DNA of 64,000 nt from Microcoleus sp. (GTDB taxonomy: Bacteria > Cyanobacteriota > Cyanobacteriia > Cyanobacteriales > Microcoleaceae): assembly GCA_052279835.1 (NCBI GenBank), contig CP181291.1:4864001-4928000 (forward strand), read 5' to 3'. The notes beneath the pieces are model-generated. The model was not told the DNA's origin and did no database searches. It saw only the letters and a list, made by a program, of their open reading frames with translations. Of the stretch, positions 39,487-49,295 are shown piece by piece. How positions within the stretch are numbered: position 1 is the stretch's first letter; each line of letters starts with the position of its first letter. A program made the position numbers and the translations under genes.

Positions 39487-40845
39487 TTAAATGGAGATGA
39501 AATCCTTAGCTGTAAGACTGTTTGCTTGAGGACCAATGAAACTGGCAAGAACTTCACCAGTGCTGGTAAATTGGATCAGAGTTGAAAAGTCGCTGGCATT
39601 AACTGTGAGTTGGTTAAAGGTAAGACCTTTGGTCAAACCGATTAAATCTTCACCAGGTTGAAAGTCGATTATGGTGTCATTACCAGCCCCTATTCCTAAC
39701 ACGAACAAGTCGCGTCCCGCGCCGCCAATTAACAGATCCGAACCCACTCCACCAACGAGGGTATCGTCCCCTGTATCCCCGTTTAAATTATCATCTCCTT
39801 TGCCGCCGAATAGCTGGTCATTACCACTACCACCACTAATGATATCATTATTGCGATTGCCAGTGAGAGTATCGTTTCCCCCGTTGCCAACCATCACATC
39901 GTCCCCGGCAAAACCGGAGGCTGTATTGTTGGCATCGTCGCCTACTAAGTTATTAGGTTGGGAGAGAGCTAGAGCAGCTTGCATTTGAGTAATGATTCCA
40001 AAAAAAGATGCTCCCGGTGTGGTTCTCAATTGCTCTGTTGTGCTGCGAGATTTCAGTGCAGATCCCTGTGCTGGCAAGGCAAAATCTAAGCCAGCTAATA
40101 GCTCTAAATAGTCGGAATCTGTGAAAGTAAAGTCAGGGCTGCTCAACTGGTTGACCGAGATTTCTGTCTGAATTAAACCTGGAGGGGGAGTTGTTAATAG
40201 GCCGGATTGAGTATGTTTATCTAAGACTAATAGCGGATTGATAATCGGATCGGTAAATGTTTGTAAAACAACTTTTCCGGGCAGAAAAGCTTCTCCACCC
40301 AAACTCACAAAGTCGCCACTGACAATGTAGTGAGTTACATTTTTGCCTGCGCCCGCTTTTTGGGTAAATGTATTGACTGTATTTCTAGCAACTCCGGGGG
40401 AATTGAAGGTGACAACATCTCCGATCGCGGATGTGAATTCGGTGGCTGCTAGCTGGGTTAAACCACCGCCCAAACTGTGGCCGAGAACGTCTGGTGGCAA
40501 GCGGTTTGGGTTTTTTGTGGTATCTTGACTGATTTGTGTCAGCCAATTTCCTAATGCTTGTTTGTTGGCTTCAAATTGGTTGAAACCCACACCGCGCGTG
40601 TCTCCGAGTGCAACATCGTCGATCGCCGTATCACCGCCCCGAAATACTAAAACTGGCGGTTTGTCTGGGGTGGTGGAGATTAAGCCGATCGCGTGAAATC
40701 CCGTTGCTGGATCGTCGAAGGTGCGATCGATTCGATAGCCAGCAGCGGTTAAACCACCTTGAACAACAGGTTGTAACTGGGGGTTGTCATCTATATAAAC
40801 TAATCGCTTGGCTATATTTTCGTAAACTGCGGGGGAGGAAGGCAT
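39487..40845 (-). CDS. alpha/beta hydrolase (lipase-like) with C-terminal RTX Ca-binding repeats
   Basis: VLVFRG, GHSLGG, TFNSPG; GGxGxDxL nonapeptides. Confidence 0.82.
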   Translation of the reverse strand: MPSSPAVYENIAKRLVYIDDNPQLQPVVQGGLTAAGYRIDRTFDDPATGFHAIGLISTTPDKPPVLVFRGGDTAIDDVALGDTRGVGFNQFEANKQALGNWLTQISQDTTKNPNRLPPDVLGHSLGGGLTQLAATEFTSAIGDVVTFNSPGVARNTVNTFTQKAGAGKNVTHYIVSGDFVSLGGEAFLPGKVVLQTFTDPIINPLLVLDKHTQSGLLTTPPPGLIQTEISVNQLSSPDFTFTDSDYLELLAGLDFALPAQGSALKSRSTTEQLRTTPGASFFGIITQMQAALALSQPNNLVGDDANNTASGFAGDDVMVGNGGNDTLTGNRNNDIISGGSGNDQLFGGKGDDNLNGDTGDDTLVGGVGSDLLIGGAGRDLFVLGIGAGNDTIIDFQPGEDLIGLTKGLTFNQLTVNASDFSTLIQFTSTGEVLASFIGPQANSLTAKDFISI

Positions 40846-40920
40846 ATTTTTGTTATTTCCTGTATTTTGATTGGGGATTGCTGTTGGAGCTACTTAATTA
40901 AGTTTACACTAGCGATCGTT

Positions 40921-41011
40921 TAAGTAGAAGAAAGAAGCAAGAAGGAACAATATTCAGATAGCAAGCTTTTTAGTCACCTGTATCTTGCATTTAATTAAGT
41001 AGATTTACTTA
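40921..41011. repeat. small dispersed element with TAAGTA...TACTTA ends
   Basis: Shares ATAGCAAGC and ATCTTGCATTTAATTA with the copy at 53645-53743. Confidence 0.7.
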
Positions 41012-41119
41012 TGCACAATTTTCCCTTGGGACAAGAAGGAATGGTGTGTCATTCAGGATTTTGGTGATTATCGCTCCCGATGATGAGGACTAAAGTCCTC
41101 ACTAGGAATCAGAAATTAT

Positions 41120-42487
41120 CTAAATCTGGACAAAATCGGGTCGCGAAATCTGACTGGCAGATACGCCAGTAATATTAGCAAGAATTTCGCCATTATTCAG
41201 GAGACTAATTAAAACTCCGTCATTACCTTGAGTAATTTTAATCTGAGCAAAAGTTAGACCCCGTGAAAGTGCAATTAAATCTTGAGAGTCTTCAAAGTCT
41301 ACGATCGTATCTGAGCCGCCACCGGATTCTAATACAAAACGATCGCGTCCACTGCCACCAATTAAAACATCGTTGCCCAACTCGCCGGCAATCAAATCGT
41401 CTCCGTCGCCTCCGTTTAAATAATCGTTATTTCTGCCGCCGTATAAGAAGTCGTCTCCGCCACCGCCAGTGATACTGTCGTTACCTCTATTGCCCCTGAG
41501 AGTATCGTTACCGCCGTTGCCGATAATCGTATCATCTCCACTGCCTCCGGTGGCTGCATTGTTGCGATCGTCTCCTAATAAATAGTTTGGTTGTAGGGGA
41601 GCTAAACCAACTTGAATTTCTTTGATGAGTTCCACCAAAGAGAATTCTGGAGATGTTCTCAAACTTTCCGCACCTGCTCTGGTTCTGATTGCTATTGACA
41701 CTTCTGGTAGGGCAAAGTTCATCGCCGCTATAAATTCATTAAAATCTGAGTCGTTGTTATAGGTAAATTCTGGACTGTTCAAGTCTTCTACAGAAATTTG
41801 CCTTTGGAAAAAACCTGCGGGGGGATTAGTTAGCAGCTTTTCTGAGCGATGCTTTGCTAAGACAGTTAGTGGCTCAATATTGGGGTCGGTAAAAGTTTGA
41901 AAAAACACTTTTCCTGGTAAAAATTCTTCGCCAAACAGGCTGATAATATCTCCGCTGACGATGTAGTGATTAACATTTTTGTTGCCAATTCTGGTCAAAT
42001 TTTTCTTAAATGCGCTTACTGTAGTTTTTGAGACTCCGGGAGAGTTGAAAGTAAAGATATCGCCAGTAATCGAACTAAATTCGGTGGCGACTATTTGAGC
42101 TATAGCACCGCCTGCACTGTGACCGATCGCATCTGGCAATAACTGATTGGGATTTTGAGATGTATTTTTCCCGATTTCTTGGAGCCAGTTGTCGATCGCA
42201 TCTTTGTTGTTTTGAAATTCGGCAAAACCAATGTTGGGCGAGTCGGAAAATATAGCATCGTCGCCGATAAAGTCGGTGCCCCGAAATACCAGAACGGGGG
42301 GGGTTTTGGGATCTACTGCACCGAAGCCGATCGCATACAGGCCTGTTTGGGGATCGTCGAAGATGCGATCGATATAGTAGCCGTTAGTGTCCAAAAAACG
42401 CGCCACTAGATTTTGCGAGTCTGGTCGATCTTTCAAATAAACAATTGATTTGGCTAGAGCTTCATAAACCGCAGGGGAGGAACTCAT
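41120..42487 (-). CDS. alpha/beta hydrolase (lipase-like) with RTX repeats, paralog of 39487-40845
   Basis: VLVFRG, GHSAGG, TFNSPG, HYIVSGD; GGxGxDxL repeats. Confidence 0.82.
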   Translation of the reverse strand: MSSSPAVYEALAKSIVYLKDRPDSQNLVARFLDTNGYYIDRIFDDPQTGLYAIGFGAVDPKTPPVLVFRGTDFIGDDAIFSDSPNIGFAEFQNNKDAIDNWLQEIGKNTSQNPNQLLPDAIGHSAGGAIAQIVATEFSSITGDIFTFNSPGVSKTTVSAFKKNLTRIGNKNVNHYIVSGDIISLFGEEFLPGKVFFQTFTDPNIEPLTVLAKHRSEKLLTNPPAGFFQRQISVEDLNSPEFTYNNDSDFNEFIAAMNFALPEVSIAIRTRAGAESLRTSPEFSLVELIKEIQVGLAPLQPNYLLGDDRNNAATGGSGDDTIIGNGGNDTLRGNRGNDSITGGGGDDFLYGGRNNDYLNGGDGDDLIAGELGNDVLIGGSGRDRFVLESGGGSDTIVDFEDSQDLIALSRGLTFAQIKITQGNDGVLISLLNNGEILANITGVSASQISRPDFVQI

Positions 42488-42624
42488 AATATTATGTTTG
42501 GTGTTTGTTGGTATTGATGATCGCCCAGTCAGCGACCTAATTGTGCATTTAAATTAATTATAACCGATCGCATTTATATGGTATACTTTAAATTATCCAG
42601 TTCCAAATTAAGATTTTTGCGCTT

Positions 42625-42828
42625 ATGACTATCATTCGTCAATACATTGCTCCATTGATAGCGGTATTAGTATTTTTCGCTGCCCTCGTAGCAGTCAGCG
42701 CTCGCATCTTTTTGCCGGCTGACATGGCGGCCCCAGCACCGATTGAGGAAGTGAGTCAAGAAAAGCAAGCGGCCTCGGTGCATCAGATTTTCTTGGGCTT
42801 CAACTATTCCCCGAACTGTGTGGGCTAA
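42625..42828 (+). CDS. small membrane protein, hypothetical
   Basis: One TM helix followed by RIFLPADMAAPAP, a pattern recalled from conserved small cyanobacterial proteins. Confidence 0.6.
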   Translation: MTIIRQYIAPLIAVLVFFAALVAVSARIFLPADMAAPAPIEEVSQEKQAASVHQIFLGFNYSPNCVG

Positions 42829-42832
42829 TCAG

Positions 42833-43369
42833 ATGTCGGGGGATCTGATACCGGGCTATGGGCTGCGATCGGGTTCTGGACTCGATCGGGCAATTTTGGT
42901 AAAGTTTATGCACCGGACCTACGGAGAGCTTTACCCAGATGGGGAATTGGGACATTTGGCTCAAACCGTTGAGCAATATTTTTCCAAGCAGACGCCGCTT
43001 TGGTTGGTTGAGTGTCAGAACAACATGGGGGAAGAGGAAGCAAATTTATCGGCACTTCCGTCTTCTCAACCAAAGCCGAAATCTCAAGTTCAAAATCTCA
43101 AATCGGCTGTGGGATGTTTGTGGTTGGGAAATGCGATCGACCAATGCAGCGGGGAACGCTACTCTCACATTTTTCTGCTGTATGTATCGCGGGAACACCG
43201 CCGTCTGGGAATCGGTAAGTCCTTAGTTAATCATGCGGAAAATTGGGCAAAAAAAAGGGGCGATCGACAAATTGGTTTGCAAGTATTTATCAGTAATCAG
43301 CCAGCATTGAATCTTTATCAAAAATTAGGATATAAAAGTCATTCCCTCTCGATGATAAAATCTCTATAA
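42833..43369 (+). CDS. GNAT family N-acetyltransferase
   Basis: LYVSREHRRLGIG acetyl-CoA motif; NQPALNLYQKLGY. Confidence 0.9.
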   Translation: MSGDLIPGYGLRSGSGLDRAILVKFMHRTYGELYPDGELGHLAQTVEQYFSKQTPLWLVECQNNMGEEEANLSALPSSQPKPKSQVQNLKSAVGCLWLGNAIDQCSGERYSHIFLLYVSREHRRLGIGKSLVNHAENWAKKRGDRQIGLQVFISNQPALNLYQKLGYKSHSLSMIKSL

Positions 43370-43416
43370 TTGGTTAGTTGTTATTCGTTATTCCTGATTG
43401 GGGGCAGACAACAGAT

Positions 43417-43472
43417 AACTGCCAACCCATAACCGCCAACCCATAACCGCCAACCGACAACCGCCAACCGAC
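43417..43472. repeat. degenerate heptamer tandem repeat (AACCGCC/AACCCAT/AACCGAC)
   Basis: Read directly from the sequence. Confidence 0.75.
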
Positions 43473-43513
43473 TGAGTTGCCCAGGAGCATCCTCAGTGCA
43501 GTAGAGTTTTTTT

Positions 43514-44260
43514 ATGCACAATAACGACTACCCGATCGCCATTGATACTGACCTGGAACTGGAAAGCTATTTGGATCAACTCGAAGAATCCGAACCCCCG
43601 CTGCCAGATCCAGAGGAAATGCTGCCTTTACTCGAATCTCCAGAAGCTCAGCACCGAATGATGGCGGCGCGGGCTTTTTGCGAATTGCAAGACGATCGAG
43701 CAATTCCACATTTAATTATTTTGTTGAGAGACGGCTGCCCCTTAGTGCGGGTGAGCGCGGCCTATGCCTTGGGCAGAAATCCGAGTCCCGATGCTGTGGA
43801 ACCCCTGATTGACCAACTAAACCGCGATTGGAACGGTTACGTTCGCAAAGGAGTAGTTTGGGCTCTGGGCAATTGCCGGGATCATCGCGCTTTAGTACCT
43901 TTAATTGATGCTTTGAAAACTGATATTTCAGCGGTGCGTTTGTGGGCGGCCAGTTCCCTTGGTCAGATGGCAAAGGTTGGTTACTATGTGGTGATTGCTG
44001 CGATTCCGCCGTTGATTCAATCGCTGCGCCGAGATGCTGTGTCTGCTGTGCGAAGTAACTCTGCTTGGGCGATCGGGCAACTAGCCCGCGAATTGCCGAA
44101 TAATGTAGTGTATGCCGGGGCGATCGATGCTTTGATCGAAGCTTTAGAAGAAGACGAAGATATGGGCGTGCGAGAAGATGCTAAATCTTCGCTGTTGCGA
44201 GTCGGCGATCCGCGCGGTTTGCAGATAATTGAAGACTTGGAAATGGAAGGAAATTTTTGA
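43514..44260 (+). CDS. HEAT-repeat (PBS lyase-like) protein
   Basis: Repeated VR..AA.ALG motifs. Confidence 0.88.
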   Translation: MHNNDYPIAIDTDLELESYLDQLEESEPPLPDPEEMLPLLESPEAQHRMMAARAFCELQDDRAIPHLIILLRDGCPLVRVSAAYALGRNPSPDAVEPLIDQLNRDWNGYVRKGVVWALGNCRDHRALVPLIDALKTDISAVRLWAASSLGQMAKVGYYVVIAAIPPLIQSLRRDAVSAVRSNSAWAIGQLARELPNNVVYAGAIDALIEALEEDEDMGVREDAKSSLLRVGDPRGLQIIEDLEMEGNF

Positions 44261-44312
44261 AATAATTAGTACAATAAAACACTATAGCCCTTCTCAGTCA
44301 TCTTCACATTCT

Positions 44313-44897
44313 ATGGTTGCCCAACACTTCTACATCTCCCCCGAAGACTACCTAGAAGCTGAGCGTGTCAGCCCCATCAAGCACGAGTACCGTCGGGGGC
44401 GTGTCTACGCCATGGCTGGGGCTAAAAAACCCCATGTGGTGATTGCTGGCAATCTATCGTCACTGCTCAATGTTCATCTGAAAGAGCAGCCCTGTCTTGT
44501 CATGGCCTCGGATATTAAGGTGAGGCTAGAAACAGCCGACTGTTACTATTACCCCGATGTTGTTGTAACTTGCCATCCAGAGGACATCACGACCACCGAG
44601 GATTTTATCCGCTACCCTAAACTGATTATTGAAGTGTTATCAAAATCGACGGCAAATTTTGATAGTACGGAAAAGTTTGCCGATTACCAAACCTGTTCCA
44701 CATTAGAAGACTATGTGTTAGTCAGTCAGACTGAGCAACAGATTGTTCATTACACCCTTAAGGATGGTCTATGGCTGCGACATGAAGTGACAGATAGAGT
44801 AGGGGTAGAACGATCGGGTTTTATCTATTTGCCTAGTGTGGATTGTGAGTTAACTCTGCCAGATATTTATCGCAAAGTACCAGGTCTTGAAGCCTAG
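44313..44897 (+). CDS. Uma2 family protein
   Basis: KHEY, AMAGA, YYPDVVV, PKLIIEVLSKST. Confidence 0.9.
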   Translation: MVAQHFYISPEDYLEAERVSPIKHEYRRGRVYAMAGAKKPHVVIAGNLSSLLNVHLKEQPCLVMASDIKVRLETADCYYYPDVVVTCHPEDITTTEDFIRYPKLIIEVLSKSTANFDSTEKFADYQTCSTLEDYVLVSQTEQQIVHYTLKDGLWLRHEVTDRVGVERSGFIYLPSVDCELTLPDIYRKVPGLEA

Positions 44898-44927
44898 ATT
44901 GATCTACTCACCGCCCGCTTCCGTGAA

Positions 44928-44978
44928 CAAGAAAAGCCGTCCTAGAACAACGGGGTTTTAAACCCAGTTTTCTGATAA
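44928..44978 (+). mobile_element. possible IS200/IS605 end remnant (tnpA C-terminus QEKPS* plus hairpins)
   Basis: CAAGAAAAGCCGTCCTAG-AACAACGG-GGTTTTAAACCC; resembles recalled cyanobacterial IS200 ends. Confidence 0.4.
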
Positions 44979-45017
44979 AAAAGGATGCTCCCCTCAGATT
45001 TCGGATAAGTCCTAATG

Positions 45018-45791
45018 CTAATCTAACAAGTCAGGTTCCCGACGCACTATCATATCGTAAAGCGGTTGAAAGCTAAACCATCCCATGCGGTGCGAGCCTA
45101 CTTGCTGCTGAGTTAAATGCGCGTATTCTGGTTTGATTAAAATCGGTTTTCCCGCTGCTTCTGCCATTAATTGCGCTTGACAACAACGTTCCATGGCAAT
45201 AAACCACCAAGCCGCTTCATCTACTGTTTCACCCACTGTTAATAGTCCGTGATTTTGGAGAATAATCGCTTTTTTATCACCTAAACTTTTGGCAATACGT
45301 TTAGCTTCTTCGATTTCCAAAACAACTCCGGTGTAATCGTCAAATAAAGCGTGGTCATGGTAAAAAGAACAAGCATCTTGCGTTAGGGGGTCTAGCAGGC
45401 GACCCAAACTCGACCAACTTTTACCGTAGGGGGAATGGGCGTGGGCTGCGGCAATTACGTCGGGCCGCGCGCTATGGACTTGGGAATGAATGGCAAAAGC
45501 GGCTTCGTTTACGGGTTTATTTCCTTCTACAACTTCGCCTTTGTGGTTGACTAAAATTAGGTCGCTGACTCGAATTAAACTGAAGTGCATTCCAAAGGAA
45601 TTGACCCAAAAATGGTCTAGGTGTTCGGGATCGCGGACGGTAATATGTCCGGCAATTCCTTCGCTGAATCCGAAGCGGGCAAATAATCGAAATGCTGCTG
45701 CTAGACGCTGTTTGCGGTGGCTGCGTTCGGCTTCTATTGAGTTGAATGTTGGGGGTTGAATTGTGACTTTGGGAACTTTGATTGCGACCAT
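45018..45791 (-). CDS. class II aldolase/adducin family protein (NovR/CloR-like)
   Basis: GHITVRDP, FWVN, HAHS and LQNHG metal ligands; probable start ATG 45791. Confidence 0.88.
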   Translation of the reverse strand: MVAIKVPKVTIQPPTFNSIEAERSHRKQRLAAAFRLFARFGFSEGIAGHITVRDPEHLDHFWVNSFGMHFSLIRVSDLILVNHKGEVVEGNKPVNEAAFAIHSQVHSARPDVIAAAHAHSPYGKSWSSLGRLLDPLTQDACSFYHDHALFDDYTGVVLEIEEAKRIAKSLGDKKAIILQNHGLLTVGETVDEAAWWFIAMERCCQAQLMAEAAGKPILIKPEYAHLTQQQVGSHRMGWFSFQPLYDMIVRREPDLLD

Positions 45792-45896
45792 ATATTTTGT
45801 GATTGGTAATGGGGAACGGGGCATGGGAAATGGGGAATTGGGCCTTGGGAATTTTCTTCTTTCTGCCCTCGGACTTCTTTCCATCCGTTACATTCC

Positions 45897-46577
45897 TTAC
45901 ATAATCCGTTGCCGAACTTCTTCGCTGAGGCGTAAACCTGCGATGTTTTTGCAGTCAAAGGTGGCGTTGTTGCCGGGGTGGCGTTCGATTAATTCGATGA
46001 TTTGTCCGGCGGGGTTTTGCAGGAACCACTGAGTTAAGGAGCTGGAATTTAGAGGCTGCTGGGATAGGGGTTTGAAGTTTTTATTGTGCCATATTATAGC
46101 AGCATTTTTCACGTTTTCGACTCGAATCGCGACGTGGTGAACTGCTTCTAATCCTCTTTGTTGTTGGAAGCGGTATGTTTGGTCGCCTGCTGCGTGGGGT
46201 GCATCTAATACGACTAAGCCGCCGGCGGGCATTAATAAGGTCATTAAATGCAGCCACAAATCTGAGGGAATATTAATGTTTTCCGCACAAAAGTTAATGG
46301 GAAATAAGTCTGGTCCTTCGACTGTTTTTGCGCCGAAGGGGCGGAAAGATTGGGCGTATTTTTCTAAGGCTGTGCGACTGGGAAATGTGATGACAAAGTG
46401 GTCGATCCAAACAGGTTCTTCGTACAGGTTTGTCTCAAAATTCCAGTTGGTTAAAAATTCAGGAGTTGTAAATTCTGGGTGGAGTTCCAGTAAGCCATTT
46501 GTTTCGATGAAAGGTGAGTCAAAATGGCATTCCAAGTTGCGATCGACTTCTGGGGTTTTCAGCTTTAAGTTTTTCAT
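45897..46577 (-). CDS. VOC-fold protein resembling the catalytic C-domain of HPPD
   Basis: WIDHFV, VHHVAIRV, LTQWF, IIELIER, F..KNI.GL. Confidence 0.6.
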   Translation of the reverse strand: MKNLKLKTPEVDRNLECHFDSPFIETNGLLELHPEFTTPEFLTNWNFETNLYEEPVWIDHFVITFPSRTALEKYAQSFRPFGAKTVEGPDLFPINFCAENINIPSDLWLHLMTLLMPAGGLVVLDAPHAAGDQTYRFQQQRGLEAVHHVAIRVENVKNAAIIWHNKNFKPLSQQPLNSSSLTQWFLQNPAGQIIELIERHPGNNATFDCKNIAGLRLSEEVRQRIM

Positions 46578-46702
46578 GTGTTTGACCCGATGTTGACTAG
46601 GCAAAACTGCGAATTTTTTTTACAGGCTGAACAGGACGCACAATTTATCCGTTTCATCTAGAAATTAACACAAATTTTAATATTTGCCAGTAATTCGCCT
46701 GT

Positions 46703-47965
46703 TCATGTGCCGATCGCACTTCCAGCCAGCCACGCCGTAGTCCACGCACTTTGGAAGTTGAAACCACCTGTTACGCCGTCGATATCCAAGATTTCCCCAG
46801 CAAAGTATAGTCCCCGACAGCGACGACTTTCCATTGTCTTGAAATCCACTTCTTTTAAGTTAACGCCCCCACAGGTGACGAATTCTTCCTTAAATGCGCC
46901 TTTTCCTGTTATCTGATATTCGCCTTGGACGAGCTCTTGGAGGAGTTTGTCGAGGGTTTTATTGGAGATATCGGCCCAGCGTTTTGGCTCGTCAATGCCG
47001 ATCGCACTTGTCAAACGTTCCCACAGGCGACGCGGAATCGGAAACGGACAACTAGAGACAACCAATCTGTGAGACAACTGGGACTTCACCCCTAACAATT
47101 GCTGTCGCAAAACTTCTGGGTTGTACTGGGGAAGCCAATTTATTAATACAGGAGCTCGATAATGGCGATCGTGCAAAAATCTCGCACCCCAAGCCGAAAG
47201 TTTGAGTACAGCAGGCCCACTCAAACCCCAGTGAGTAATTAACAAAGGCCCGCTTTGTTCTAATTTGGCTCCTGGCAATTTTACCTTAGCATTAGCAACA
47301 GAAACTCCAGCTAAGTCTTGAATTCTGCTATCAGAAATGTTAAAAGTAAATAGAGAAGGAACAGGCAGTTCGATGGTGTGGCCTAAATCTTTTGCCCACT
47401 TGAAACCAGAGGGATTGCTACCAGTAGCCAGAAGCAGGCGATCGCACTTTAATTGTTCCCCCGACTTCAACTCAATTTCAAACCTAGGGGCGGAGGACGG
47501 TGCGTGCCCGTCCTCCCCGATATCCGAGGTTAATTGCTTGACCGAAACTACCGCATCACCAGTGCGAATTTGCACCCCAGCATCCTCAGCGGCCCGGATC
47601 AAACAATTAACAATTGTCGCCGAATCATCTGTCACGGGAAACATTCGCCCATCAGCTTCAGTTTTCAATGTAACAGAATGACTAGCAAACCATTCGACAG
47701 TATCGCGAGGTTGAAATCGAGTAAATGCACCGCGTAGAGCTTTCCCTCCTCTGGGGTAATTCTGTACTAAAATAGCAGGGTCAAAACAAGCATGAGTTGC
47801 GTTGCAGCGGCCCCCACCAGAGATGCGAACTTTTGCCAGGAGTTGCCTCCCAGCTTCTAATAAAGTGACGCGGGCTTGGGGGTACATTTTAGCACAGGTA
47901 ATTGCACTAAAAAACCCCGCTGCACCGCCACCGATGACTGTAATTTTAAGGCTTCGATTGGACAA
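46703..47965 (-). CDS. BaiN/HI0933 (YhiN) family flavoprotein
   Basis: IGGGAAG, KVRISGGGRCN, LITHWGLSGP, VTCGGV, GGFNFQSAW. Confidence 0.92.
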   Translation of the reverse strand: MSNRSLKITVIGGGAAGFFSAITCAKMYPQARVTLLEAGRQLLAKVRISGGGRCNATHACFDPAILVQNYPRGGKALRGAFTRFQPRDTVEWFASHSVTLKTEADGRMFPVTDDSATIVNCLIRAAEDAGVQIRTGDAVVSVKQLTSDIGEDGHAPSSAPRFEIELKSGEQLKCDRLLLATGSNPSGFKWAKDLGHTIELPVPSLFTFNISDSRIQDLAGVSVANAKVKLPGAKLEQSGPLLITHWGLSGPAVLKLSAWGARFLHDRHYRAPVLINWLPQYNPEVLRQQLLGVKSQLSHRLVVSSCPFPIPRRLWERLTSAIGIDEPKRWADISNKTLDKLLQELVQGEYQITGKGAFKEEFVTCGGVNLKEVDFKTMESRRCRGLYFAGEILDIDGVTGGFNFQSAWTTAWLAGSAIGT

Positions 47966-47977
47966 TTTTTTCCTCGC

Positions 47978-48136
47978 TTATTCTGGTTCAAAATCTGATT
48001 TTTGTGCGCCGCAAGTGGGGCAAACCCAATCATCGGGCAGATCCTCAAAGGCAGTACCGGGAGCTATTCCCGATTCCGGGTCGCCCACTTCTGGGTCATA
48101 GACGTAATTGCAAATCTTACAGACGTATTTTTTCAT
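47978..48136 (-). CDS. rubredoxin (52 aa; below ORF-track cutoff)
   Basis: Manual translation [52 protein letters not shown]; two CxxC motifs. Confidence 0.95.
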   Translation of the reverse strand: MKKYVCKICNYVYDPEVGDPESGIAPGTAFEDLPDDWVCPTCGAQKSDFEPE

Positions 48137-48204
48137 TGAGCCACTGAGTTTGAGGTGGTAAATATCTATATTGTACTTGACAAAGTAACATTAGTATTAT
48201 CTTG

Positions 48205-48308
48205 ATACCAATTTTAAAAAAGAATGCAACAGTAGTCTTGTCCCTCCCCTTTATAAGGGGGGGTTAGGGGGGGTCAAAGATTCTTACACGATTTTAGATA
48301 AATGGTAT
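48205..48308. repeat. MITE-like element (ATACCAATTT...AAATGGTAT) with internal CCCCTT-AAGGGG SDR-type repeat
   Basis: Short terminal inverted repeats; internal unit shared with 35052, 59568 and 63167. Confidence 0.55.
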
Positions 48309-48457
48309 AATTTTCCCATAGCACCCTTCTTTAGGCAAGTTTTCAACTATTACACATTCTGTTTTTCCCAATCTACCATCTAAAATTGCACAAGCCCCCA
48401 GAACCGAAGTTCTAGAGGCTAAACTCTATCTTTTATTAATTTACCACTTTCTGGGGA

Positions 48458-49225
48458 CTACACTTTGACTAAAGGCTTGGTCCAAACGCCATGTTCATCT
48501 TCTTCGTACTGCTGATGAATAGTTTCCCATGCGGTATGTTCCGCTTGTATAGAGTCTTTGCTTTCATCAAAGGCGGCGTTGTAGGATTCCATAAATGTTT
48601 TTTGAGCTGCTTCCGACAGGTGCGATCGCACTTCTGGAGACAAATCTGCCGGACTATTACAACGACCTGTGCAAGCTCGTGGCAATGTCATTTCGCTAAT
48701 AGCTATTTCTTCGCCACCCGCACTTTCTAATAATAGTTGAAACTCGCCACTTCTGTCGGCTGGAACTTCTGCCATTACCAGAAATTCTCCTGCTTCCACG
48801 CGGGTTTGATAAATAGTTGCTTTGTCTTCGGGCATTCCCAAAGCGACTAAGGCCGAGACTAAACCAGCACCCGCAGAACCGGCGATCGCCCCACTAGCTG
48901 CACCCAACAATACAGCACCCAAGGGACCCGCCGATACTACAGCACCGACAAAGGGAATAAACAACACGCCAACACCTGTTAGCAAACCCAAAAAAGAACC
49001 GAATAAGGAACCAAAAATCGCCCCACTTCGCAAGCCACCTAAAATTACATCTTTTTTAGTCAGAAACCCAGCAATTTTAGTTTTGGACTGAAAATTTTTC
49101 CCCATTACTGAAATGTGGTCGCGGGACACACCGCGATCGAGCAGCCGTCTAATCACACCGTCTAATTGTTCTTCTTCTTTAAATACGGCTGACACTGTAC
49201 GTTCTGCTAAATATGCTTCTGTCAT
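48458..49225 (-). CDS. general-stress-type membrane protein with C-terminal ChaB domain
   Basis: Gly-rich [13 protein letters not shown] hairpin; [23 protein letters not shown]...AWETI...W ChaB motif. Confidence 0.8.
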   Translation of the reverse strand: MTEAYLAERTVSAVFKEEEQLDGVIRRLLDRGVSRDHISVMGKNFQSKTKIAGFLTKKDVILGGLRSGAIFGSLFGSFLGLLTGVGVLFIPFVGAVVSAGPLGAVLLGAASGAIAGSAGAGLVSALVALGMPEDKATIYQTRVEAGEFLVMAEVPADRSGEFQLLLESAGGEEIAISEMTLPRACTGRCNSPADLSPEVRSHLSEAAQKTFMESYNAAFDESKDSIQAEHTAWETIHQQYEEDEHGVWTKPLVKV

Positions 49226-49295
49226 TTTTCGGACCTTCAGTTTTGGTTGATTAGTTACGATTTTTAGTATATGATTACATCCTAGGCTAATCGCA

